Assembly (NCBI GenBank): GCA_964036045.1
Contig: OZ038379.1
Coordinates: 20,708,001-20,772,000, forward strand
DNA: 64,000 nt
Source: Eutreptiella sp. 'Long Island Sound 2002'
Taxonomy: Eukaryota > Protista > Euglenida
Direction of reading: 5' to 3'
Position numbers and translations under genes: made by a program. Numbering within the stretch: the stretch's first letter is position 1; each line of letters opens with the position of its first letter. Shown piece by piece: positions 10,331-22,600 of this stretch. The notes below the pieces were generated by a model, which saw nothing but the letters and a program-made list of their open reading frames with translations, ran no database searches and was not told where the DNA came from.

Positions 10331-11399
10331 GGCCTGAAAAGCCCAGTGCTTTCGGTTGTAGTACCTACATGGTTCATTCACGGGCACTTAGGAGTCTTGC
10401 CACGTTTGTGCTCTTGTTTTAAAATGCCTACGCCCATTTAGCTTGGACAGGTCTTGAGTGTCTCCCATCCCCTCCCTTAGCGTTAGCGGTACCTCTGCCC
10501 ATTCGCGGGCAGTCAGAACTCACTGAGCTAGAAGATTCCAATCTTGATGTCACACTACTTACAAACAACGACACGGTGGACGTGCTAGATGCGCTGGACG
10601 TGCAGTTAGTGAAAACAAACAGATATATCAGTCAGTATTACCTTTGTCAAGGTTTCCATTCAAATTCAAAACCTCTATTCCCATGCGGAACATCAAAACA
10701 CCTACACGCATGGTATAGCGCCAAAATGCTCAAACAACGACACCTCGCCCTCCACGGGTGAACGGCGTGTTTATTCAACAAACCTTCGTACCCATTACTT
10801 GTGTGGGTGGGACAAGAAAGATTAGGTGACGGACCTAAACGAAGTAGTGTGAGTGCCGACAATTGTACTAATAGTATATGGTGCAGCTAAAGAGGAAAAG
10901 GTCCCAGTAAAATTCGAACCACCCCACACGGCGCAAAGCAATGTGTTAAACATGTGTGATCTGCCTATTGGGACATGGGCAAACGTTTAGGCAACAATCT
11001 ATGGGGGCGCCCTTGCACTGTGCGCTACTTGTTAGACCAAGTTCTCCCGAAAGAGCCCCCAAGCATACCCCTTCCAAACGCCCTTGCATCATTGCCGCCT
11101 CACGGCCATGTCCGGCTGTAGACCATGGGAGACCTCCTTCGGTGGGGGCGAGAGGTGGTCCATCTTCCACGAATGGGGCTGGGAGGATGGACCCGGGGGT
11201 GCTGGGTATGGCCGTCCATCATAGCCTGGCTGCCGACTGTATCGGGATGACGGCATGGTACGTCTTGGCTAGCACGAAGGATCCTTGGCGTTCATCAAGC
11301 CCATGAGGTCACCTTCGATTATAGTACTTGGACGTAATACAACACTCGGAGAGGATGCTAAATTGTCCCTCGGCCTAGATTATGATCCTGGAGTCCAAC

Positions 11400-11480
11400 A
11401 TCAGCCATGCCTGCTCGGGGTCCCCATGATGGGGAGAAAACAACATGGATACACCACCTCTGCCTTCTCGAGGTCCCATG
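11400..11480 (+). repeat. Copy of dispersed 'CACCCCTGCCTTCTCGGGGTCCCC' repeat family
   Basis: Two degenerate units (cctgctcggggtcccca; ccacctctgccttctcgaggtccca), related to 12463, 36760-37135, 53440 and 63670. Confidence 0.55.
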
Positions 11481-12098
11481 GTGGGGAGAAATCAACTTAG
11501 AAAAGAGCGGATGTGGTAGAAATGAGCAAAAAACAAAGTGTGGAAACGGGTGGAAATGAGTGAAACTAGGTGAAAATCCTAAAATGCCATATCCCCAATG
11601 TGTAAGAAGCATAAAAACCTACTCTCAAACAACAATGATGCCCCTAGTATCGCAAAGTACGGGTCTCTAGGACGGCCACAGGACCAAATAGTGCTGCGCT
11701 TGCACTGCGCTAAGTGTGCCCCCTATACGCACATCCCAATCCCATGCAGCCAACTTTAATAAGCGGACCCATGTGCAGGGTCACACATCAGATGCTAGGT
11801 GGTTTTCTCCCTTCGTCCCCGCCTAGGTGGCATTGCATGCACACGCACATAGTGCGCACGCAGTACATAGACATTCCCCCATTTTCAACGTCGAAGTGGA
11901 GTTGTGCTACGCCTTGTCTCATTGAAGTGTCTCCGTTATCTATCTCCATGCATCCGCCAGAGGCCCCCTTTGGAGGGAAGGGGGGCTGCGGCCCCTCCTT
12001 TGCAATTCACAAAGAGTCGATTGCCTTGTTTGCACCCATTCCAACCCGTAGGATCTCTAGAATCATGCATCATCATGACATATCTTTTTCTTTCTAAG

Positions 12099-12435
12099 CT
12101 GCGAAATTGTCATTTGATACAAGAATATATTCCAATGATGATGACCAAGATGGATCCATCGCAATACAGCAAGACAGAAGGTGCGTTACCATCCCTTGAT
12201 ATTGATGGCGATGGAGTGCTAGGTGGGAGTAATTTTATGACCAAGTGTTCTTGCAGAATGCGTCAGAGGCTTGGCAACATAGTGTTTCATGCCCTTGAGG
12301 CAAAGGACTGTGGGAATGTCTTGCTATATGATTTCATCAAAGGCGCTTCAGTGCTCTCCGACGGGACTCTGCAAGAGAGGTTGGCCTTCTGTTTCAAGCT
12401 ATTTCACACCAAAAGGAACCGCACCATTCCTATGC
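12099..12435 (+). pseudogene. EF-hand (calcineurin B-like / neuronal calcium sensor type) fragment, degenerate and truncated by a repeat
   Basis: After an AG acceptor at 12097-12098: 'SLDIDGDGVLGGSNF...IVFHALEAKDCGNVLLYDFIKGASVLSDGTLQERLAFCFKLF', matching the CBL/NCS 'LS.L..GT.EEKL.F.FKL' pattern. EF loops are degenerate; no clear donor site. Confidence 0.55.
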
Positions 12436-12462
12436 ACCCTGTTGTCTTGGGCAAAACTGAAA

Positions 12463-12523
12463 TGGCTATATCACCCCTGCCTTTTTGGGGTCCCCAAAGC
12501 GAAGAGCAATCGCAGTGGTTGCT
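12463..12523 (+). repeat. Copy of 'AAATGGCTATATCACCCCTGCCTT' dispersed repeat
   Basis: Near-identical core to 37115-37135 and 63670-63710. Confidence 0.65.
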
Positions 12524-14625
12524 TAGTGTAATATTGGTCGCGGGCATCGTTGGCCGAAAACAATGGCCCACGTGCGCCCGGCGCACTAACTTTCCCTCTA
12601 ATGGTATCTCTGCTTTACTGATGTTGCCGCTGTCATGAACCACACGTTCCAACCATCAATCACGTTGTGTCATGGGGGTTGTCACCCTCATTTGTCACAC
12701 TAGAATCGTGTTGTGCACACACAGAATCTTCAGGTGCCCAAATTGGATTTTTGACTGAAGACCCACATGGTCTTATCTGTGGTGCAGCAGCCAGGGTCAC
12801 ATGGGTGCAGATCGGCCCCGGCTCAGCAAGAGGAGTTGTACAGAATTCAAGTGTTCAAGCGAATGCAGCAATGCTGCTGCCCCTCAAAACAATGGGGACC
12901 ATCACTGTGCGCACCCCTTGAGTTCAAAGCAGGGCCTGTACAAATTATATATCAGGCTGCAAATCTTTCGATTAGGAGAAAACCGCCGAACAGTCTCAGG
13001 AACTATATACAAGGGGCATGGCTGCACGCATGCAACACAACTTGTGGTCACAGTTCTCACTCAGTGTGTAAGCCCCCTGTCCCAATGAATTTCTGGCTCA
13101 TCGTATGGGGACCGGACACGGTGGTCACTCGTTGCAGAGAGGCACACCCCGAAAAAGGCACCAGCACAAGGCTGCACATGACCCGCCGCTCGTGTGTTTG
13201 TTACAAGGCTGAGTAGCCATAGGTGCAAAAAAAAAAAAAGCAGTGAGGAACTGAAATGCTGTCGCTGCCAGTGAACTAGCATGGGTGAGACTGGAGTGGA
13301 AATGTCCGCGCAAATGCTTACTGATTGCGCAAGCGCGTCTGTGCCCTGCTTCATCCTACGTGTGAGACAACGCGACATAAACTGTCTCCATATCCCACAC
13401 GCTGTGCAACACGTAGTGTGCGGGCTGCAGGGAAACCACCGGTAGCCGTGAAGCAGGAAGTGCCCACCACACCAAGGGCCAGGCACAGTGTACGTTTCGC
13501 TGCAACAGCGTGGTTGTGGAGGCAATTGACTGGCTGAGTGAACGAGTGGCCAAATGGCTGATTGATTTGGTGGTCAAATGGGTAAATTACTGTGTCACAA
13601 CAATTGCTGTGGCGGTGGTGTTCCCCACACGCCAAAGTATTGCTGTATGCACACATACGAAGTGCAGGTTTAGGGGTGGGTTTTAAAAAAGGTTTTGCAC
13701 CAGCGTTGCCACAGCTTTGATAGTGCAATGAAGGGCATGAGAATCAAAGTGCGTGTTTCAACTAGTGAACCAGGCATTGGCCTTGGGAGCGCCGGGCTGG
13801 GGGCGGCTGGGGGGCAATGCCGGTCTTCCTCTGCTTCAAAGGGACCAAGCAGGGTGCATCGCTGAAGCCATAGTGCTGCTCCAGCTTGCACAGTGATGTG
13901 CCTACCCACGGTGGGGGGGGCAGAGACCCACGCCACCCGGACTTTGGGGGAAACCCAGGGACCCAAAAACCGCCGTTCCCGGTCATTGGCATCAGCTCTG
14001 AGCTTTTTTGGCTTCAAGGTCAAAAGTCGGCTTGCTTGGCACCGCTACAGTGCTGTCGGTTGATGCTGCATTCTTGGCCCCCTCAAACTGTCAGTCAAGT
14101 GTAAATTGGGTCTCGGAAATTGGCAAAAACCTGGTGTCCCCCCCCGTCTGCACAGACTTGACTGGCCGTCATCCAGCATCTTAGACGTCACCTTCAAACC
14201 ACCATCAGCCCATGCCCTCAACATTTGGTGGCACAGGCATACTGTACAATGCGACCGCACAGTCGTGTGTACTCGTCGGACAGATGCTGATGCCCAAGCG
14301 ACGTAATACCCCTTCCGTCATGAAGCAGACCCCACGCTCCAAAGCCTAACATGGTCAAAACCATAATCGAGGGCTGGGTGGTGCATGGTACAGGGATAGC
14401 ATCAGCGCCTGCATTTTTTCAAGGTCATGCATGACGCAGGATAGAATCGACGCCGTGTTGGATCATACCGCATGCGGTGCGACGCAGCATGAGTAGAACA
14501 CAGGGTTAGTGTGTGCCCTCAGTTGGGCGCGGACTGGTTCGTCGTCGGCTGGGAGTTAGCCACAGTACCCGCTTCCCTTGGCTGCATGGAATGCGTGCGG
14601 GTACACGAGAGGTCTGATGGGTTAC

Positions 14626-14819
14626 CAGGCAGCCAGCCCGCTGGACTCGGGTTAAGGCCCGTGTGTGGGGACAGAAAGGGACGATAAGGTTCGTCGGTCA
14701 TGAAGCTCAGTGCAGGAGTCCAAAGGCGTTGTTGTTCTGCAGAGAAAATTTTGGTCACGTCTTCAAGATACTTTGGTCCGATAACTTTCTCTTGCTTGGC
14801 CCCACGGCGGCAGTGCGTC
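14626..14819 (-). CDS. Candidate exon of an unidentified gene
   Basis: AG acceptor (14820-14821) and GTAAC donor (14625) bracket an open frame 'THCRRGAKQEKVIGPKYLEDVTKIFSAEQQRLWTPALSFMTDEPYRPFLSP...' (194 nt, phase 2 to phase 1). No family recognised. Confidence 0.3.
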
Positions 14820-16488
14820 CTAATGTACGCCACCCCATTGCAGCCCATTGCAGGCGCACGGTGCCGTGGGATGCACGTACTCTCCACTGGCCTTGCACCC
14901 CCTCCCACATCTTTCCACAGGCGTGACGTCGGAATATAGGGCGGAGGACACAGGGTGTGGGTGATTGAAATGGTGGACTTGTACAAACTGGCACACATGT
15001 TGTCCGTGTGAGTTTGTTCCTTGCCCAATGCACCAACACACAACACACGCAATGAGGAAACGCAAGGTGTGAGTCAAGACGACGTAGATTCATAGCGATG
15101 TGGTAATTGTCGAGAGAAACTTACAAAATTGGGATGGCCGCATGGAATGTTGCGGGTAACATCCGAACACTGACTTCTCGATGACCGTCCTGCGTCACAA
15201 CTACTGGTGACCTCTCCAGCAGGAAGCGGGGGGGGGGGGGGCGAAAACCGGGGGATTCCGGGCTCAATTGACTGGACCATCAACCAATCACCATGAAAAC
15301 CGGCGCCGACGGAAGGGCCGAATCGTCGAAAAACGTGTGCCCTGGCCAGCGATGCTTTTCTGGACCCCCGCGTCCCATTTTCATTTGTGCGGAATCCGGG
15401 TCAACTCCGGGGCCGTCCCAGTGGCTTCAGGGGTCCAGTCGATTGAGCCCCCTTCGAAGGAAGGGGGCAGCGCCGGCGAGGGAGCTCTACCGACACCCCA
15501 ACCCCACTTCCCGCGATGGTAAATCCGCCTCCCCCCGGGTGTACGAAAGGCCCTACTACCCCCGGTGTGCCCGCCGAGGGGTGGATGGGGCAAGAAGCAT
15601 CCACCTCCCCACCCCCCACCGCAATTTCAGACGGAAAAAAAAAAGAACAATGGGTCCATCCACTGCACTTCGGGAAAGCAGAGGGATGCTGATGACCGGC
15701 GGGCCCGTGCGCATGTCCGGGATGATGTCCGCCATTACTGGGCGCCCACCTACACCGGGCCACATTCGGCCCATTCCGTCGCCTCACGGGAAGCAACGAC
15801 TGCATCACAGGAACCTCGCTTTTACACCACCGGGGGGGGGGGGGGGTGCCCAAAATGAGCAGAACCGAATTCCATAGGGAAGGGGTGTGTGATACATATG
15901 TGTGAAGAAGGACGGCATCGGTCAGACTTAGGCCCGATCGGAGAGCGTCTGAATCCCAATGCTGGTGCTCTTCGCAAGCTGATCCCTCGAAATGATATAA
16001 TACACGCACGACGAAAGATGCATTCCAAGGCTTTCCTGCCATGAACAAATGTCGCAACCTTTCTTGTCACAAGGATCACCTCATGGTCCACAAAATAAAT
16101 GGCAACAATCCTTCCATACCACCCGAACAATGACATGACAAACTCGTGACTAGGCCGCCACTCCAAAAAGGGAGGCTTGTACAACATGTGTGCAGACCAT
16201 AAATTGTAAAGACCGAGGCTGAATGATTATAATTACGGTTTGTTCTTGTTGGAAAACAAAAGGGTATTTATTCAATTGTTTGAGAAATTGGTATCAAGAT
16301 GTGGATCGCGCGTTTGGGGGTAAAAAGATGTGCTCTGAAATCTCGCACTCTACAGGTATGCACACAGCCAATCACCGAACGCACTGCCAAAATGACCTGC
16401 AGACACTTGCTGTGCTGTGGGCACAATGCCCGGCATGACAATGCCATCGCTGACAAGCAAAGGGCGTGGCAGGCAGGGGTGCCCTTCA

Positions 16489-16611
16489 TCATCGAGGCAT
16501 CTCCATATGTTGGCAGACGAGGCGGCCAAACTCAGAGCAGGGGACCTCCTTAACGCTGGTTTTGCTCTGCAACTTCAGATCGAATGTGTAACACCCGTTG
16601 TCAATGGTCCT
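16489..16611 (-). CDS. icd: IDH-like last exon ([12 protein letters not shown]...[19 protein letters not shown])
   Basis: CAG acceptor; matches Icd C-terminus TVTYDF...EVKCSEFG; TGA at 16489-16491. Confidence 0.85.
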   Translation of the reverse strand, partial: RTIDNGCYTFDLKLQSKTSVKEVPCSEFGRLVCQHMEMPR

Positions 16612-19600
16612 CTGCACACGGAGAAGTGCCCTTGTGTGGGAATTTCAGGGAAAGAGAGTCGGCGCCAGGCCCTTCCATAAGGGAGAGGCCAGGGAATGGG
16701 GACCGCACATTGGCACGTATGCCTGGCGCCTACCATACCGTTCCCCCATGCAGTGCGCATCACCACCACATTGCACACCTCCCAACCCTCTCCCTGCCTG
16801 CCCTTTGTGAGTCCTGTCTGCACATGCCTGAACCTCTCTCTTGGTCGGAGCACACCTGCACAGCCTGTGCCACCATTGCAGCCGCCTCACTCCAACCGAT
16901 CTGCTGCAGCATCATGGAACCCGCCAGTATAAGACCACTCGGGTTCACTTTGTCGAGTCCTGCATATCTGAACATTGACAAAAGATACTTCAAAACGTAA
17001 CTTGAAGGCGCCATTCCTCACGCGACAGCATGGGGTGGGCCACTCAGCATACTGCATACCCTCTGAAAACGGCGTCAGCGTCTTAAACCGGAGAAAAGGT
17101 GAAGCATATTTCCGGAAAGCCCTTTGGCATCTCCTGTCAACACTGGACTTGATGACTTCTTGCGCGCGGAGATGTTCGGAGGAAGTCCCTTGGGGGCAGG
17201 TTTTCCGTAAAGCACGTGGAACACCGTCGAAAGATGTTCGCCGGGATGCATTTTCACTGCAATGTTCACAGATGAAGGCCAAACAGCGGTCATTTGGTGT
17301 CTCCCAGCGCTAATGCAATTCTGACCCTTTATGTGCTGAGAACTGCAAAATGCACTCGTTCTCATGGATACTCTTTCTTTGTGTTGGTCACCACTTTGCA
17401 ATGCCCAATGTGTCCCGTTTGAATGCTCGCCTGGGGGTCTCGCGGATGAAGATGGCTTGGCAACGGTGCTCGTAGCTACGGGGGGTTCAGACGTGAGGTT
17501 GCGCCTGCATTTCCAGGATTCAGTACTGGTGAACAGGGCGAACCTACTTTTTTGGAGGCAGGGATTCATGTGAGGGTACATCACAAGGCAGGCATGTGGG
17601 CAGCCTCCGCCCATTGGGAGGTTGTGTGGTGCTTGACATGAACCCCTGCTCGTGAATCCGCCCGTGTTGCAGGCCGCCGGAGCACGTTTAAATCTACCTG
17701 TAGTCTGGGTTAGCACTCAGTATCAACGGGTAAATGCGACGTCTAAGAGGCTGTGGAGGACCCATCCAGTGCGAAGGGGGGCTTAGCCAGGGGCCAATAT
17801 CGCGAGGGGGAATTTTCGCCATTTGGAAACCCACAAATTTGTCCACAGCACACGCTTGAAAAAAGGCAGCGTATGCAAATGGCACAAGGCAAAACCATGG
17901 GCGGAGTTGGATCAGCAGATGCGGATGCGGAGTTACTTCATCTACGGAGACCTATGAACCATTGCACAAGTGCGTTTCAAGATCCAGCAGCATTCCTTTG
18001 GGCATCAGGCTGAAAGGAGCAGCAAACGACGGCACTGCAGGCAAAGGGATTGCCGCTCCTGCAGCACTGCATCAGCCCCACCGGGGACCACTGGGATCCG
18101 CTCTCAGTAGGTTTATACCTAATCGCATCCGCACCATCTTGGGGCCCGGAGGGCCCGGTGGGTGGAGGGCCGTTGGCCCGGTAGAGGAGGGCTGCGGGGA
18201 GAGGAGGGGATTGGCCGTTGGACTGGAGGAAAGGGGGGGGGGGGTTGGCAAGTGGCGTCACTCCACAGCCACTGCGCCACCCAGCGGTGACAGCGGTTGC
18301 CCCGTGGGTGGCAATTGTTGTGTTGTACGTTGCAGTTCTGGTTCAACCGGAAACCACAACTCAGTTCAACAGCTGCATCCAAAAGTGTCCCAGTTCAAAC
18401 CAACTGCCAATATCACTGTTGAGCAACCATGGACCATGGGCCATCGACCATGGGCCATGGGCCAACCCATCAGCAGGCGGACCTAAAGCGAGAAATGGCA
18501 GTCTATGCACACTCATGAACAACAAAGGGCGTGCGCTACAAACACTGGAAAGATATTTCTCGTGGTGCCTCGCCGAAACACTCAATGCAGATCAATGGGT
18601 TCAGGGAGGGGGGGGGGGGGGGGGGAGGGGTTGGCGGATGGCGGATCGCCGTGACCTGAGATCTCTCAAAAACGGAAGCGCATGTGACGGCCTTGACGAA
18701 GGGCAGCACCAGAGGGCCCAACACACATGCTCTTGCAGGACAAATGTCCGCCAGTTTTCTAAGCAGCGAGAGCCTCCCCTGGCAATCCCCTCCCCTGCAG
18801 TGCCACAATGAAGCCTGTTGCAGGCGCAATGAAAATGTGCCGAAAATGCCGTCTGTTACGCCGCTGTGCGGCTCAGCAGCACAGGCCAAAGGATGAGGGC
18901 ACCGGGGCCTTGGCCCTCCATGTGAAGAATCGGAAGGGCTGGGGCTAGAACAATGGCGTTGTGCCGGGACAATGCACACCTTGGAGCGGTGCCATGGATG
19001 GCCTCAAATACGGCATGTCCAGTTTGGAAATTGTAGTTGCCGCACGGAGACATGCCAAGGCCGCCCACTTGTGCCGCCAGGGCGTGGGTGATGTACGCGC
19101 CGTTCAAATTCATAGTAACAATGACATCAAAATCGCTCGGACGCAACATGCTCTGGGACCAAGGGGCCAACAGGAAAGCAGAGGCTGTACGAAGCCAGAA
19201 CAGGTTCACGGTTCAGAGGAGGAATGGGAACAACGACCCAATCCTTCAGGGGCAGGTGCGCTGCACAGCACTGTACTGTCCGCAGCAATACTGTGTTGCA
19301 CTGTACTGGAGTGTACCGCACTGCACTGCACTCACTGTACCGTCCCATCCCCTACCATACAGGATTGAATTGTACTGGACTGCTGCAATGTACGGCACTT
19401 TACCGCACTGCACTGTACTATCCTGTACTGTACTGTACTGTACTGTGCTGTGCTGTACTGTACTGTACTGTACTGTCTTCTGGTGGTGGTGCTGGTACTG
19501 GCCCCTCTGGCACCACTTGCACCTCTTCCGGTGCCGTTGTACTGTGAAATTTGCGTACGTTTCAGTAATCAATATACTGGGAGGTATGGTAGGCCAGTGC

Positions 19601-22600
19601 ATTCTTGGAGACAAGCGGGCTGTTAAAAAAGCAAAGCATGATACATCAAGGTACAATTGCCCCCTGTTCCATGATAATTATCCAAATTGCGCGCCGCAGG
19701 TGCCGAAACCAAATATGCATAAAAAAAGGGTTTACCTGGCAACATTTATCTGCAAAATCTGCCAAAAGCTAACACAGCAAGTTTCTGGTTCAGGGCAGTT
19801 TTCAACTACATTGTTCCAATCGCCGAGTGGATAACATCCCAAATGTTATCCTCCCACATTTCAACCCAATATGCACTGTTTCTGAAGTTGCACATTGTCC
19901 AAAAAGAGCTCAAAGATTATGGAACGCATGAACGTTGTTCAAATCGGTGGACAACTGCATGTGTGGCAACGAAACATACACGGGCTGATTGGCCAAACAT
20001 GTCACTGCACTACGTGACGTGCTCTGATTGGGCTGAGATGGGTGGTTTAGGGTCTACTTGCAAAAGGACCGCAAGCCCAGTCTCTCTTTCGGCCAAGGAC
20101 CAGAGGTGGTGCTAATCCTGAAACCCATGATTGGAACCAAAGAGACAAATACTACATACTGGCGGGCTTTACGCACCAACAAAGCTAAAATGCATGGTGT
20201 AGTCACCCGCATAGCTAAAATGCATGGCAAGCAGCAAAGCCCTTAAGGGGCATCCGCTAAAACTGGAACAACACAAAGAAGATTCCCACGGTCTCTGTAC
20301 AATATGACATACATCAAATGAGCCAGATCTCAGGTGCCGGATCGAATTTCGCCGATTGCCCCACCACATACTCGCAGGCGCACCGTAGGGAAAGGGTTAT
20401 TAGCTTTAGGGTCATTGGCACCGCATTAACTTTTCTGAATTCATGCATGACGATGGTCATCACCCTCCAGCTTCCGCTGGACTTCAACAACAGTTGGGAC
20501 CAAGGAGTTCGGTTGAAAGAATGTACACGTGTCCATCCAACGTGGTCAAGAAAGTGGCACCTTTTTATGCAGTCTAAGACATCAAAGGTGTCCCCGTCTC
20601 TCCTTGCATAAGCAGCCACTCATCTGCCCCTATTTCTAGAGGGACAATTGGTAACACCTACCGATCCCTCAACCTAACCCAAGATGAACAGATCGTCAAA
20701 TCTGTGATCCTTTGTACTCATTTTTCCTTCATATTGATATGAAGGAGAGATGAAGGAGAGCACTTATTGCGCGCCGCAGGTGCCGCAGGGTAAGGGTAAT
20801 TAGCAAGTATGAACTTTGAGTCGTCCCCGCTTTGGGCACTCCTGAGATGGCAAGGGTTAGGGTGGTTGCGAGCGAGGACCTGACCCCAAGGGGGGAGGGG
20901 GGGGCCTCTACGGACCCCATAATGGTTCTACGGGCTAATGGCTTTTGTGGGCTTTGGAGGTAATCTGATGAACTCAGCTAAAGGAAACCTATGGCGGTGT
21001 GTAAGAGTGCTTTGAGCCCCACATCGGGCAAGACGAGGTGCCATACAAATGTCGTTTGTTGCTCATTGAAGATCCCACCCTCGAGCTCAGCCCCGGCTCG
21101 ATGTGGTGGTGCTGCAGTCTCTCCTCTATAGAGAGCGATGGTGTGAATAGATCAGCGTGCGCGGAACTTTTTTGTTCCGGTGTATATTTCGTGGACGGCC
21201 CAGTACATATTGAGGACGGGCAACAATTGCACCATTTGTGGGGGGAAGAGGCCCAGAAAGGTATAAATAGCAACATGAACGGGAGTACGCAATTTGGGTG
21301 GTTGATTTTCTTTGGAGGTGCTTGTCTAGTGGCGTGCCCTGGGGCGCACCCTGCGGTGCAAAATTTGGTTAATTATCCTAGAACAGAGGCAATATAGTGG
21401 TGCATACACACATACTCCTATACATTCTTTCCCCCCTATTTTTGCAATGCGATCATCGGCACAGTGCGGCCAAAAGAACACAAAGCCTCACACCCTGGGA
21501 AGTGAGTTTCAACTCATCTTGGTAGTTGTATATTGGTACTGTTGGAGTGAGAGACAGTTCTCAGGTACCTCCTCAAGAAATGATCCTTGTGCAGCAAAAT
21601 CCTCCCGAACATCTAGTGGTTGCAAATTGGTTTCTCAACCTTTTCACTAGCAAATTGTTGTGTGCTGAATGCCGTGTTTTTGGAGTTGTAGGAGGGCGCA
21701 AACAGCATAATATGGTTTCCATAGATTATAATACCATCATGTTGGAGTCTGCAATAATTGTGGCTTATGAGAACTCTAGCCCCCTGCCCCTCTCAGAGCC
21801 CCGCCCCCCCCCCCTCAAGGGCCTGAAACCCATATCATCGCTTTTGGCACCTCACACAGTGGCGGCGCTTCGCACCTTACAAGTGATTATTTGTGCATGG
21901 GTAAACGTTGTTAGCAGCCCGTTTTTTTTGGCGAAGATGGCCTTCCCAATGTTGGCACTATGCATCTACAACATGCATATAGCGTCCACAGGTAAACGGG
22001 GATGGTACACAGGTAAACAGAGTGGCATTTGGTGTAAAATGTGCCACATGGGGCGCTTAGTGCCCACCCCCCCCCAAAGGGGGGGGGGATCTAATGCGTT
22101 GGGAGGGGGTTAGAGTTCTCATATACCGTATTTATTTATCTCTGTTACACCTACCCTTTATGTTGGGGGGCCATAAACCCATCTTTTTCTCCTCCTATTC
22201 CTTGCTTTTTTGCTCCTTGCCGCCTGATGAAAGTATGTTTGCTCCGGAACTGCGGAGAGAATCTTGGAAAGCATTACTATACCTTCACCCAGAGCTACAT
22301 GTGTACATGTCGTTAGCAACTGTGCCATTCAACGATGGAACTGTCCACAGGTGCTGGCTGGAGCAGAACCCGACCAAGACAAAGGAGAATGGTTGCTCCA
22401 AGAAATCATCACGCAGGCGTCTGCGGTCCTCATTTGCAGAACTCGGCTGTCGTCCCTCAAATGCTCCGAAGGCCAAAAGTGTCCAAGCCGAATCAGGGCT
22501 ACCCAACCCGTAGAGTATGAGGACGTAGCCCCCATTGCCCCATCCCGATACGGAAGCTTCTAGGGTACATTATGGGGCCTGAACAGTCCCCTAGCTTCTT

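Larger units (their letters stand above)
8650..11330 (-). mobile_element. Decayed tyrosine-recombinase (DIRS order, VIPER/TATE-like) retroelement relic 1
   Basis: Frameshifted YR box I '(LR)IGEAW' near 9800-9830 and box II 'RWHA..GAAQAWAAGARGPPL*LMGGWQMPSVALAYAHP' at ~9430-9560. An N-terminal helical region is at 9980-10195. A gag-like remnant at 10950-11300 is similar to the ORF at 34130-34500. Confidence 0.6.
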
